Source: an uncultured bacterium (GTDB lineage Bacteria; Desulfobacterota_D; UBA1144; Nemesobacterales; UBA2774). From it: 64,000 nt of DNA. Location: assembly GCA_963705505.1 (NCBI GenBank), contig CAVPJU010000010.1:672001-736000 (forward strand). The letters run 5' to 3'. Made by a program: the position numbers and the translations under genes. Below the pieces are notes generated by a model that searched no databases, was not told where the DNA came from, and saw only the letters and a list, made by a program, of their open reading frames with translations. Positions 49,025 through 58,834 of this stretch are shown in pieces (position 1 is the first letter of the stretch; each line of letters opens with the position of its first letter).

Positions 49025-49516
49025 ATGACCACAAACATAAAGAGAAAGCTGCCGGCCCTTTTGATATCGACGGTGCTTATAATGCTATTGCTCCCCAGGC
49101 TGGCCGCAGGTGAGGGTCTCGACGACCGCGTCAACGAGATCGCCCATTTGCTGATGTGCCCGGTCTGCCAGGGCCAGAGTGTCGCCGAATCGAACTCAAA
49201 CCTCGCACAGGATATGAGGCAGATAATAAGAAAGCAGCTCCAGGAAGGGAAATCGAAAGACGAGGTACTCGCGTACTTCGTAAACCGGTACGGGGAATCG
49301 ATACTCGCGTCCCCGCCGCCTCAGGGCGTAAACTGGCTCCTCTGGCTTCTTCCGGGTTTCACGATAGTATTCGGGGGATTGGGCATAGGGATATTCCTAT
49401 ATAAATTAGGGGCGGGAAGGAAGGAAATCAAACACAGCAGCGTTCAATCGACGTCAGGGACCGATAGTGATTATATGAAGAGGCTGGATGAAGAGTTAAA
49501 AAGACACGAGTCGTGA
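49025..49516 (+). CDS. ccmH: Cytochrome c maturation protein CcmH/CycL
   Basis: LMCPVCQGQSVAESN, RYGE.IL..PP, WLLW.LP. Confidence 0.9.
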   Translation: MTTNIKRKLPALLISTVLIMLLLPRLAAGEGLDDRVNEIAHLLMCPVCQGQSVAESNSNLAQDMRQIIRKQLQEGKSKDEVLAYFVNRYGESILASPPPQGVNWLLWLLPGFTIVFGGLGIGIFLYKLGAGRKEIKHSSVQSTSGTDSDYMKRLDEELKRHES

Positions 49517-49596
49517 GGGGGATATGATAGGCAGCACAAGTGCAATGACAATTTAAGCCGTTAATCCGAAGATCTTCTTAAACACTTTTATAGCTC

Positions 49597-49888
49597 GGAG
49601 GCGAAGTTACGTAACCCCGCCTTCCCACCTGAATGATAAATCCACCCTGACCCTCCTTTTTCTAAGGAGGGAACTAAAGGATTCGCGGCTGGAAGCCGCT
49701 CCTACAGATTTAAATACGAGATGCTGAAACAAGTTCAGCATGACTGATAAGAAAAAAACAACGATAGATTTCTCGCATGCGCTCGAAATGACACCCTCAC
49801 CCTCTCCCTCACAATAGGGGAGAGGAAGGTAGAGACTGCGTCCTTCGACAAGCTCAGGACGAACGGGCGGTGAGTCACCGCTGACTCA
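49597..49888. repeat. Cluster of 7-8 different short palindromic (REP-like) elements
   Basis: Includes, on the minus strand, GTAGGAGCGGCTTCCAGCCGCGA, GTCATGCTGAACTTGTTTCAGCATCTC, GTCATTTCGAGCGCATGCGAGAAATCT and CCGTTCGTCCTGAGCTTGTCGAAGGA. Confidence 0.85.
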
Positions 49889-50836
49889 TGGGACTAGTTT
49901 CGCGTAATTACTCCCCGAAAAAGGCGCGGGCGGCTTCGAGGACTTTTTCATAATCCCCGGAAGGTCGAACCAGGTTATCTCTTTGTCTCTTCTCAACCAC
50001 GTCATCTGACGCTTTGCGAACCGTTTGGTATCGCGTTTTATAAGCTCGACCGCTTTCTCGAGTCCGACTTCGCCGTCTAAGTACCTGTTTATCTCTTTAT
50101 AACCTATAGACTGCATGGGTTTTAATCCGGGCCCGTAGCCCATGAGCCTCAAATTCTCCACTTCCCCGACGAGCCCGTCTTCAATCATTTTGTCCACCCT
50201 CGAATCGATCCGCCTCTTGAGCTCCTCACGCTCGACTGAGATTCCTATTTTGATATATTCATAATCCCTGTCACCGAACTCGTGGAGGGATTGGAGGTGA
50301 GAAATTTTCTCTCCCGTGAGATAGAGGACTTCGAGCGCCCTTTCGGCTCTGACATAATCATTGGGATGTATTTTCGCGGCGGCTTCGGGGTCGAGGGATT
50401 TAAGGTTTTCATAAATATATTCAGTCCCGAATGCGGACCTCAGCTTTTTAAGCCTGCTCCTTATTCCGCTGTCAGCGGGGAGGTCTTCGATCAGCCCGGA
50501 CAGCAGCACCTTGATATAAAGATAAGTCCCGCCGACGAGAATTATCCGCTTCCCCGAGCTGTGGAGCTCATCTATAACCTGGCGGGCGAGCACCCTGAAC
50601 CTGCCGGCGTTGAATTCCTCGTCGGGATTGATAATATCAATGAGGTGGTGGGGTAGAGCCTCCCGGTCCCCGGTCGTTGGCTTGGCTGTCCCGATATCGA
50701 AATGCCTGTACACATGAAGAGAGTCCGCGCTCACTATCTCGGAGCGGAGACTCCCGGCTATGTCCATGGCAAGCTTGCTTTTACCCGAAGCGGTAGGCCC
50801 CAGAATGACAAGAAGTTTGGGTTTGTCCCCTTTCAA
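49886..50836 (-). CDS. miaA: tRNA dimethylallyltransferase (probable 1-nt frameshift near the C-terminus)
   Basis: GPTASGKS, DIGTAKP, VGGT.LY, IGYKE, AKRQMTW. Confidence 0.95.
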   Translation of the reverse strand: MKGDKPKLLVILGPTASGKSKLAMDIAGSLRSEIVSADSLHVYRHFDIGTAKPTTGDREALPHHLIDIINPDEEFNAGRFRVLARQVIDELHSSGKRIILVGGTYLYIKVLLSGLIEDLPADSGIRSRLKKLRSAFGTEYIYENLKSLDPEAAAKIHPNDYVRAERALEVLYLTGEKISHLQSLHEFGDRDYEYIKIGISVEREELKRRIDSRVDKMIEDGLVGEVENLRLMGYGPGLKPMQSIGYKEINRYLDGEVGLEKAVELIKRDTKRFAKRQMTWLRRDKEITWFDLPGIMKKSSKPPAPFSGSNYAKLVP

Positions 50837-50920
50837 TTTAGGTGTCTAAAAGATGTATCAGGCACGAAAGAAGAAAAGAGCCGATCCGGTGGCGAGAATA
50901 CAGCCCCGGAGCGGATCCTC

Positions 50921-53038
50921 TTATAACGTATTGTTCGTGTAATTCTCTATATTCTCACTCAGAGCCTGTTTCCTGCTCAGCCTGATCTTCCCGTCGTGCT
51001 CCTTACCGATGCATTTGACGAGAACTTCGTCTTTTTCCTGGAGTATATCGGTGACTTTATTGACCCTCGTCGGGGCGAGCTCCGATATATGGACAAGACC
51101 GTCCTTTCCCGTACCCAGCTCGACGATAGCGCCGAAATCGAGAATTCTTTTTACGGTTCCGCGGTATATCTTGCCGACTTCGATCTCCTCGACAATGCCC
51201 TGAATAATCTTTACCGCCCTGTCGCAGGCCTCCCTGTCAGGCGAAGCTATATTTACGGTGCCCGAATCGTCGATATCTATCTGCACGCCGGTTACCTCTA
51301 CTATCTTCTTGATGGTCTTTCCGCCGGAACCTATAACGTCCTTTATCTTGTCCTGGCTTATCTGCATCGTGATTATTCTGGGTGCATATAACGATATGTC
51401 CTCTCTGGGTTCGTTGAGAATCTCGCTCATTTTCTCAAGCACGATCATTCGCGCGTTCTTCGCGTGCTCAAGAGCCGTCGAGAGTATCTCTTCCGTGACT
51501 CCGGTGACTTTTATATCCATCTGGAGCGCGGTCACGCCGGTTTTCGTGCCGGCGACCTTAAAATCCATATCCCCCAGATGGTCTTCGTCCCCGAGAATGT
51601 CGGTCAGGATGACGAAATCGTCCTCCTCCTTGATGAGCCCCATGGCTATACCGCCTACGGGAGCGGATATAGGAACACCCGCGTCCATCAACGACAGCGC
51701 AGCCCCGCATACCGTGGCCATGGAAGAAGAGCCGTTTGATTCCAGAATATCGGAGACTATTCGTATCGTATAGGGGAATTTGTCCTTTTTCGGAAGTACC
51801 GGGATAATCGACCTTTCCGCAAGCGCCCCGTGGCCTATCTCCCTCCGTCCCGGTCCTAACCTGAAGCTTACCTCGCCCACGCTGTAGGGAGGGAAATTAT
51901 AATGGAGCATGAAAGTCTTGGTCACATCGCCTTCGAGCGAATCTATCCTCTGCTCATCGTATGTCGTACCCAGGGTCGCCGTAACGGCTGCCTGAGTTTC
52001 TCCCCGGGTAAAGAGAGCCGAGCCGTGAGCCCGGGGCAGGAATCCGACTTCGCCGTATATGTGCCTTACATCGGAGTATCCTCTCCCGTCAAGCCTCTTC
52101 TTGTCCTTGACTATAAGCTCCCTGACCAAATCCTTTAATATCTTTTCGAACGGCTTGGAGATACTGACCTCAGCATCGGGATGAAGGGATTTTATATGCT
52201 CCTCCGTCTCCGCACGTATGGTCTTAATCCGCTGTTTTCTATCCGCCTTGGATGCGGATACCAGAGTTTCTCTCAATTTCTGTCCGGCAAAAGCCAGAAC
52301 CTCTTCCTCGATCGAGTTATCCTCGGACGGAGGCTCTAATTCTCGTTTCTGAATTTCCAGGCCCGATATCAAATCTTCCTGGAGCCTGATAAACTCCTGA
52401 ACGCATTTATGGGCGAACATCAGCGCGCTGACTATTTCCTGCTCGGGAACTTCGTTAGCCCCGCCTTCGACCATAACTATGGCATCTTTCGTGCCCGCGA
52501 CGACGATGTTCATGTCGCTCTCTGAAAGCTCCTTCTTCGTGGGGTTACAGATGAATTCGCCCCCCACCCTGCCGACTCTGACGGCGGCAAGGGGACCGTC
52601 GAAAGGAACGTCCGATACCATCAGCGCCGCGGAAGCCGCGGTCATCGACAGCACGTCGGGGTCATAATCCGCATCGGCAGAGAAAACAGTAATGATAATC
52701 TGCGTCTGATACGTAAAATCACTCGGGATGAGCGGTCTGATCGGCCTGTCTATGAGTCTAGAAGTCAGGACTTCTTTTTCGTTCGGCCTTCCCTCTCGTT
52801 TGAAATACCCGCCGGGTATCTTCCCCGCCGCGGACGATTTCTCCTGGTAATTGATTGTTAACGGAAGGAAATCCTCCCCTTCCGATTTTTCCTCCAAGGC
52901 TACAACGGTAGCCAGAACGGCCGTGTCTTCGTAACGCGCAAATACGGCCCCGTTTGCCTGTCTAGCAAGTGATCCGGTATCGAGCCCATAATGTTTGCCA
53001 AAAATTTGGGCTTCAACCTTTTTTGGTTGGTTAGTCAA
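50921..53038 (-). CDS. pnp: Polyribonucleotide nucleotidyltransferase
   Basis: GKIPGG..KREGRP, RREIGHG.LAER, ESNGSSSMA, DHLGDMDFKVAG; KH and S1 domains. Confidence 0.98.
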   Translation of the reverse strand: MTNQPKKVEAQIFGKHYGLDTGSLARQANGAVFARYEDTAVLATVVALEEKSEGEDFLPLTINYQEKSSAAGKIPGGYFKREGRPNEKEVLTSRLIDRPIRPLIPSDFTYQTQIIITVFSADADYDPDVLSMTAASAALMVSDVPFDGPLAAVRVGRVGGEFICNPTKKELSESDMNIVVAGTKDAIVMVEGGANEVPEQEIVSALMFAHKCVQEFIRLQEDLISGLEIQKRELEPPSEDNSIEEEVLAFAGQKLRETLVSASKADRKQRIKTIRAETEEHIKSLHPDAEVSISKPFEKILKDLVRELIVKDKKRLDGRGYSDVRHIYGEVGFLPRAHGSALFTRGETQAAVTATLGTTYDEQRIDSLEGDVTKTFMLHYNFPPYSVGEVSFRLGPGRREIGHGALAERSIIPVLPKKDKFPYTIRIVSDILESNGSSSMATVCGAALSLMDAGVPISAPVGGIAMGLIKEEDDFVILTDILGDEDHLGDMDFKVAGTKTGVTALQMDIKVTGVTEEILSTALEHAKNARMIVLEKMSEILNEPREDISLYAPRIITMQISQDKIKDVIGSGGKTIKKIVEVTGVQIDIDDSGTVNIASPDREACDRAVKIIQGIVEEIEVGKIYRGTVKRILDFGAIVELGTGKDGLVHISELAPTRVNKVTDILQEKDEVLVKCIGKEHDGKIRLSRKQALSENIENYTNNTL

Positions 53039-53060
53039 AAGTAATTCCTCCTTTCAAACC

Positions 53061-53330
53061 CTACTTTCTAAGTCCGAGTTTCTGAATCAGATCCGGATAG
53101 GTTTCCGGTTTGTTTTTTCTGATATAGTTTAAAAGCCTTCTTCTCTTCGCGACGAGCGATACGAGGCCTCTTCTCGAATGATGATCCTTCGGCGATTTTT
53201 CGGTGTGGAGCGAGAGATCCTTGATCCTGCGCGTAAGAACAGCAACCTGAACCTCCGGCGAACCGACGTCCTTCTGATGAAGTGCAAAATCGCTTATTAT
53301 TTGAGTTTTTTCTTCCTTCTCAAGAGACAT
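53061..53330 (-). CDS. rpsO: 30S ribosomal protein S15
   Basis: D.GSPEVQVA.LT, KDHHSRRGL, LGLRK. Confidence 0.97.
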   Translation of the reverse strand: MSLEKEEKTQIISDFALHQKDVGSPEVQVAVLTRRIKDLSLHTEKSPKDHHSRRGLVSLVAKRRRLLNYIRKNKPETYPDLIQKLGLRK

Positions 53331-53371
53331 TTAATGCCCTCCTTAATCTGCAATTTCTAATATTTGGACTA

Positions 53372-54283
53372 TCAATTAAATACCCTGAGCAGCTTCAGTA
53401 TAAGAGCCCCGCTGTCGAGGTTATCGATATCCGCCGAATCGACAAGGGCCTCCGTAATCGATACCAGCGCCGAATCTTCGTATATCTTGATCCTTTCGCC
53501 GGGCCTGAAATCCGCCGGATTCAACTTATCGAAGCTGAACTTCCTTACCTGCTTGCCTTCCCTGATCTCACCTGCAAGCTCCCTATCGACGTTTATCCGT
53601 TTCATGTGGGGGAGAGCGTCGTCAAGCGGGGTCAATTCCACGCTGCCCTTTTCAATGTCCTCAAACGTCACGGCATCGTCTATCTTAAAACCGTCGCTTT
53701 CGATTCTCCTAAGCTCGGTAAGATGTCCGCCGCACCCGAGCTCATCGGCAATATCCGAAGCAAGCACCCTTATATACGTTCCGCGGGAACATTCTACCAT
53801 AAATCTGACAAAGGGGGGACTGAAATCCAGTATTTCCAGCTCGTTAATAACTACGCTTCTTTCCGCCCTCTCGACCTCTATTCCCCGCCTGGCGTACTCG
53901 TAGAGCCTCACACCGTCCTTTTTCAGGGCGGAATACATGGGCGGAACCTGATTAATTTTACCTCTAAATTTTGAAAATGCACCTAATAGCTCGATATTAT
54001 TAATAATACCCGGCTCCTTTTCCTCGATTACCCTTCCCGTTAAGTCGAGCGTGTCCGTTTTGATACCGAGCCTCATGCGGGCTTCGTATTTTTTATAGAC
54101 GTTATTCATAAAAGGTATGATCTTTGTCGCGTTGTTAACACATATAGGCAGAACTCCTGTGGCAAAGGGGTCGAGCGTGCCCGTATGTCCGGCCCGCCTG
54201 GTTTTAAGAATCCTGTTGACCGTATTGACGGCGTCCTGTGAGGTTATACCCCTCGGCTTATCGAGTATAAGCACTCCGTTCAC
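53372..54283 (-). CDS. truB: tRNA pseudouridine-55 synthase
   Basis: GHTGTLDPFATGVL, QVPPMYSALK, CSRGTYIR. Confidence 0.97.
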   Translation of the reverse strand: MNGVLILDKPRGITSQDAVNTVNRILKTRRAGHTGTLDPFATGVLPICVNNATKIIPFMNNVYKKYEARMRLGIKTDTLDLTGRVIEEKEPGIINNIELLGAFSKFRGKINQVPPMYSALKKDGVRLYEYARRGIEVERAERSVVINELEILDFSPPFVRFMVECSRGTYIRVLASDIADELGCGGHLTELRRIESDGFKIDDAVTFEDIEKGSVELTPLDDALPHMKRINVDRELAGEIREGKQVRKFSFDKLNPADFRPGERIKIYEDSALVSITEALVDSADIDNLDSGALILKLLRVFN

Positions 54284-55266
54284 TGGAGGACCTCCCTTAT
54301 AGAGCCGAATATCTTATTTTTCGCTTCGGTCAGGCTGCCCGGGATCGAACACCCTGCAGCCCTCTTATGCCCCCCGCCGCCAAAAGCCTCGGCGATCTTC
54401 GCGACGTCCACGTCCCCTTTTGACCTGAAGCTCACCTTCCAGAGAGAGCCGTCCTTACCGGCCTCCTCCCTGAAGAACACCGCGACCTCTACGCCTCTTA
54501 TGCTCCTCGGAATATTCACGATCCCTTCTGTATCTTCCCTCCGGGCGCCCGATTCGGCGAACATATTCCTGTCCACGAACACAGAGGCGATCCTTTTATC
54601 CGCCGATAGATCGAGCGTAGCCAGCGCAAGGCCGATAAGCTTTAATTTCCTCAGAGGCTCGCTTTCGAAAAGGGCCTCCGACACCTCCGCCGGATCGACG
54701 CCGCGCTCGACCAGCTCCGCGGCGACCCTGAAAGTCTCGGGGTTCGTGTTGGAGTACCTGAAGGAACCCGTATCCCCTATAATCGTCGTATATACGTTTT
54801 CAGCTATAGCGTTATCGATTTCGACGGACAAAGACTTGAGCACGGAATAGACGATTACGCCGGTGGAGGAAGAATTGGGGTCGAGGAGATGTAAATCGGC
54901 AGACGAGTTGTTGGTCTGGTGATGATCGACTATGACTACGCGCCTGCATCTCCCTGTCCTCAGGAAGTCCTCAAATTCCTCCCCCGCCCTCTGGGTTCCG
55001 GTACAGTCCAGGGCAAACGCTATGTCGAATTTCCCTTCCACGTCTTTTAATGATTTCCTGATCCTGTCCGATTGAGGAAGGAACCGGAGTATCTCGGGGA
55101 CGCCGTCTTTATTATATAACACCACTTCTTTACCTATCTGCTCGAGGCCGAGACCCAGGGCGAGCACGGACCCGATGGCATCGCCGTCGGGGTTCTCATG
55201 TGATGATATAAGAATCCTCTTTGATCCCCTTATGAGTTCCAGTATCCTGTCGAGCTCGCTATTCAC
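54280..55266 (-). CDS. nrnA: DHH/DHHA1 phosphoesterase (NanoRNase/pAp phosphatase)
   Basis: H.NPDGDA.GS, DHH, DTGSF, GGGH..AAG. Confidence 0.9.
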   Translation of the reverse strand: MNSELDRILELIRGSKRILISSHENPDGDAIGSVLALGLGLEQIGKEVVLYNKDGVPEILRFLPQSDRIRKSLKDVEGKFDIAFALDCTGTQRAGEEFEDFLRTGRCRRVVIVDHHQTNNSSADLHLLDPNSSSTGVIVYSVLKSLSVEIDNAIAENVYTTIIGDTGSFRYSNTNPETFRVAAELVERGVDPAEVSEALFESEPLRKLKLIGLALATLDLSADKRIASVFVDRNMFAESGARREDTEGIVNIPRSIRGVEVAVFFREEAGKDGSLWKVSFRSKGDVDVAKIAEAFGGGGHKRAAGCSIPGSLTEAKNKIFGSIREVLQ

Positions 55267-55606
55267 TCGCTATACCTCTCAAAATCTCATCCACCCTGTA
55301 GCCCTTTTCAAGCGCAGAATCGAAGCTGAATTTTATATCGGGGACCTTTCTCATTCTGAGCCTCTTGGCGAGCTTGCTCCGTATAAATCCCTTTGCGTGC
55401 TCCAAGCCCTCCTGCGCGTCAGACTTTTCGCTCTCGCCGCCCAAAACCGTAAAATAAATCTCCGCCATACTCAGGTTATCGGTTATTTTAACGCCCGTTA
55501 TAAAAACAGCGCTTATACGCGGGTCCTTAATCTCACCCCTGACTATCATCTCGGACACTTCCTTCACTATCTGGTCCGAAATCCGCTGCGACCTCTTGAA
55601 TGTCAA
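55259..55606 (-). CDS. rbfA: Ribosome-binding factor A
   Basis: IKDPR, A.GFIR..LAKRL.MR.VP; synteny. Confidence 0.94.
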   Translation of the reverse strand: MTFKRSQRISDQIVKEVSEMIVRGEIKDPRISAVFITGVKITDNLSMAEIYFTVLGGESEKSDAQEGLEHAKGFIRSKLAKRLRMRKVPDIKFSFDSALEKGYRVDEILRGIASE

Positions 55607-55621
55607 CCCCGAATCAATCTC

Positions 55622-55912
55622 CTAAAAATGTATTATTTCGAATTCCCGGTTCCCCATCTCGACGATTCCCGTCGATTCTATGAACAGGGTGATCTGATCC
55701 ATCACCGAATTTACGAACCGTGACTCGTTGCTCACGAACGATATGCCTATAGTAGCCTTCTGCCAGAGATCGTTCGATCCGACTTCGGAAATCGATACGT
55801 TTCTGAATCTGGATTGTACTCTGTGAATAATGCCCTTTAGTGTCTGTCTCTTGGCTTTGAGGGACCTGTTACCGTTCATATATAGATCAATGCGAAGTAT
55901 TCCTATTACCAT
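55622..55912 (-). CDS. DUF503 (YlxP) family protein
   Basis: SLKAKR, NVS.SEV...DLWQ; between infB and rbfA. Confidence 0.9.
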   Translation of the reverse strand: MVIGILRIDLYMNGNRSLKAKRQTLKGIIHRVQSRFRNVSISEVGSNDLWQKATIGISFVSNESRFVNSVMDQITLFIESTGIVEMGNREFEIIHF

Positions 55913-55925
55913 CTACCGACACGAT

Positions 55926-58610
55926 TTAAAGCTCTTGTTTAAAATGTTCGTGAGTGTAGAACTCAAGCGTATCCCCGACTTTAATGTCGTTGAAGCGTTC
56001 GACTCCGATTCCGCACTCATAACCGGTGTTTACCTCTCTTACGTCATCTTTAAACCGTCTGAGAGACGCCAGTTTGCCTTCGAAAATCACGACCCCGTCC
56101 CTCACAACCCTGACGCTGTTATCCCTCGAGACCTTGCCGTCGCTTACCATACAGCCGGCAATTGTCCCTATCCTGGATATATTGAATGTTTCCCTGACCT
56201 CGGCGTGCCCCGTAATCTTTTCCTTGACGATGGGTTCGAGGAGCCCTTCCATGGCGCTTCTGACCCTGTCTATGAGTTTGTAAATTATCGTATGAAGCTC
56301 CAGAGACACCCCGTTCCTCTCGGCTATCTCGAGGGCTTTGGTATCCGGTCTTACATTAAAACCGACAATAATGGCATCGGATGCGCTCGCGAGTACGACG
56401 TCCGTCTCGGTAATGCCTCCGACACCCGCATGAACAATCTTCACCTGACATTTATCGGTACTTAATTTTTTTATAGACTCCGCAACAGCTTCGACCGACC
56501 CCTGCGTGTCCGCCTTGATTATTAATGGAAGCTCCTTCGCTTCTTCCTCCGCAAGCGATTCGAACAGATTTTCGAGGGACGGCCTCCTTTCCTTCGCCGC
56601 CGCAGATTCCCTCTGTTTCATTTCCCTGTGAGCAACCACGTCCCGTGCGGATCTTTCGTCCTTTACCACATAGAAGCGGTCTCCTGCCTCGGGAACACCG
56701 GAGAGACCCATTATCTCGACCGGCATGGAAGGCCCGGCTTCGTTAACTCTCATTCCTTTATCATCGATGAGCGCCCTGACTTTTCCGGACGTCGTCCCCG
56801 AAACGAGATAATCCCCTATCTGAAGAGTGCCTTCCTTCACGATAACTGTAGCAACCGGCCCTCTGCCCTTATCCAGTTTAGCCTCTATGACAAAACCGTT
56901 TGCCCTCTTGGAAGCATCGGCTTTAAGCTCGAGTATATCCGCCTGAAGGAGTACAAGCTCGAGGAGTTCCTTGATCCCCTTTTTTTGCTTGGCCGAAACC
57001 TCCGCAAAAAGGGTATCGCCGCCCCACTCCTCCGAAAGAAGGCCGATCTCGGAGAGCTGACGCTTTATCCTTTCCGTATTCGCTTCGGGCTTGTCTATCT
57101 TATTTATCGCAACGATTATCGGGACCTCGGCCGCCTTCGCGTGGTTTACCGCCTCTATCGTCTGGGGCATGACCCCGTCATCGGCCGCTACTACAAGAAT
57201 CACCACATCGGTGACTTTAGCCCCGCGCGCCCTCATCGCCGTGAAAGCTTCGTGTCCGGGAGTATCCACGAACGAAACCATCCTCCCGTCTACGTTGACG
57301 GAATAAGCGCCGATATGCTGAGTGATACCCCCCGCTTCCCCGCCGACCACATTTGTTTCCCTGATGGCGTCGAGAAGTGTGGTTTTTCCGTGGTCCACAT
57401 GTCCCATGACAGTGACGACCGGAGGCCGCGGAGTCAGCGTCCTGTCGGTTTCCACCGGATACGTCTCGAGCAGGAGATCCTTCTCCTCGAATATGTCGAC
57501 CGACACATCGAACCCGAACTCCTCGGCGACCAAAGATGCTGTCTCGTGGTCAAGCGCCTGGTTGAGCGTAGTCCTGACTCCCATTGTTATGAGCTTCTTA
57601 ATCACATCTCCCGCCTTTACGCCCATCATTTTCGCGAGCTCGCCCAAGTTAATGGATTCACCTATTTTCACGGTCCGCCTCGCAGGCTTGGCCGGAAAAG
57701 GAATCACCTGTGCGGATTCGGCGGTTTCTGGCGTATGTTCTCTCGATCTGAAGATTTCTTTAGTATTTCTGTCAAATACCCTTTCCCTGTGAGCAGTGCT
57801 TGCGGTAGGGCGAGCCTTCGCTCGTCTGTCCTCGACCAGGTACTCCCTTTTTCTCCCGGGGAGCTTGGTCCGAAAGGCCTTCCGCAACTCCTCGAGCGTA
57901 TCCTCATCTATAATCTCTTCACGCTTGGGTTTAAGCCTGCGTGCCTTCTTTTTTACTTTCTTCGATTCGTCCGTTTCGTCTTTTTCAACTTTCGGTAAGG
58001 GCTTTGCTCCTGCCTCCAGGTCCGGCTTTACCTCTACCGCAATCTCTTCGGCCTCGGGGACCTCCGGGAACTCGGCTTCGTACTGCTCCAAATCCTCTGC
58101 CGCGGATTCTTCCGGGGGTGTCCCCGCCCCGCCGAGAGGAGACCCCTCGGGAAAGTCCGGGATTCCCGGCTCGGACACCGGTTCCGCTGACAGTTGTTCC
58201 CTCCCGGTACCGGCCTCGGCAGCCGCTGCTGTATGTCCCTCCGCATAGTGTTCAGTCTCTGCCTGAGGGGCCTGAGTCCGGGGTTCCTTCAGCTCAACTT
58301 CACTAGGTTCCTCTAACTTCTTTTTCCTCCGGAGAACCACCCTTTCACCCTGTCTCCGCTCTACAGTCTCTTCTCCTTTATCCGAACGGAATACCCTGAC
58401 TTTTTCCTTGTCGTCGAGAGCGGATTTTTGCGACGAACCTTCCCCGCCCCCCGAAGCGATAATCCTATCCTTTATCTTTTTTGCTTCCTCTTCGGTGATG
58501 GAACTTGCGTGACTTTTTACTGAAATGCCCAGACCTTTCGCCACATTCAGTATTTCAGTGTTCGATTTATTTAAATCTTTTGAGAGTTCATAAACTCTTA
58601 CATTAGACAT
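55926..58610 (-). CDS. infB: Translation initiation factor IF-2
   Basis: RVYEL N-terminus; [33 protein letters not shown]. Confidence 0.98.
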   Translation of the reverse strand: MSNVRVYELSKDLNKSNTEILNVAKGLGISVKSHASSITEEEAKKIKDRIIASGGGEGSSQKSALDDKEKVRVFRSDKGEETVERRQGERVVLRRKKKLEEPSEVELKEPRTQAPQAETEHYAEGHTAAAAEAGTGREQLSAEPVSEPGIPDFPEGSPLGGAGTPPEESAAEDLEQYEAEFPEVPEAEEIAVEVKPDLEAGAKPLPKVEKDETDESKKVKKKARRLKPKREEIIDEDTLEELRKAFRTKLPGRKREYLVEDRRAKARPTASTAHRERVFDRNTKEIFRSREHTPETAESAQVIPFPAKPARRTVKIGESINLGELAKMMGVKAGDVIKKLITMGVRTTLNQALDHETASLVAEEFGFDVSVDIFEEKDLLLETYPVETDRTLTPRPPVVTVMGHVDHGKTTLLDAIRETNVVGGEAGGITQHIGAYSVNVDGRMVSFVDTPGHEAFTAMRARGAKVTDVVILVVAADDGVMPQTIEAVNHAKAAEVPIIVAINKIDKPEANTERIKRQLSEIGLLSEEWGGDTLFAEVSAKQKKGIKELLELVLLQADILELKADASKRANGFVIEAKLDKGRGPVATVIVKEGTLQIGDYLVSGTTSGKVRALIDDKGMRVNEAGPSMPVEIMGLSGVPEAGDRFYVVKDERSARDVVAHREMKQRESAAAKERRPSLENLFESLAEEEAKELPLIIKADTQGSVEAVAESIKKLSTDKCQVKIVHAGVGGITETDVVLASASDAIIVGFNVRPDTKALEIAERNGVSLELHTIIYKLIDRVRSAMEGLLEPIVKEKITGHAEVRETFNISRIGTIAGCMVSDGKVSRDNSVRVVRDGVVIFEGKLASLRRFKDDVREVNTGYECGIGVERFNDIKVGDTLEFYTHEHFKQEL

Positions 58611-58685
58611 ATAGAGCACACCCGCTATAAAACAGCTTATTTACATTAAAATAAAAATCTTAAGATTATCCTGATTAGAGTACCA

Positions 58686-58749
58686 AAGTTTACTTACTAA
58701 TGCAAAAGCAAGGTTACTTATCCAAAAGTAAACTTACGGCAAAAGTAAG
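58686..58749. repeat. Three tandem imperfect palindromic units TTAC-Nx-CAAAAGTAA in the nusA-infB spacer
   Basis: CTTACTAATGCAAAAGCAAG / GTTACTTATCCAAAAGTAAA / CTTACGGCAAAAGTAAG, plus a perfect 10-bp inverted repeat (58686-95 / 58726-35). Confidence 0.7.
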
Positions 58750-58834
58750 ACCGAAGATTAAGGTAGTCTGACGTTGGTATCGTTCCCCTAGCCCGTAGTC
58801 AAGCAATATCGGCTGAAACATCCAAACGGAATAT

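Noticed and set aside
49597..49888. CRISPR array or integron attC cassette array
   Set aside because: Units differ from each other, spacers are irregular and short, and there are no cas/intI genes or consistent attC core sites
12413..57998. Long antisense ORFs (12413-13267, 16140-17108, 18857-19792, 20838-22070, 31950-32870, 40665-41480, 56628-57998)
   Set aside because: Shadow frames opposite well-conserved genes, with no motifs; expected from codon bias
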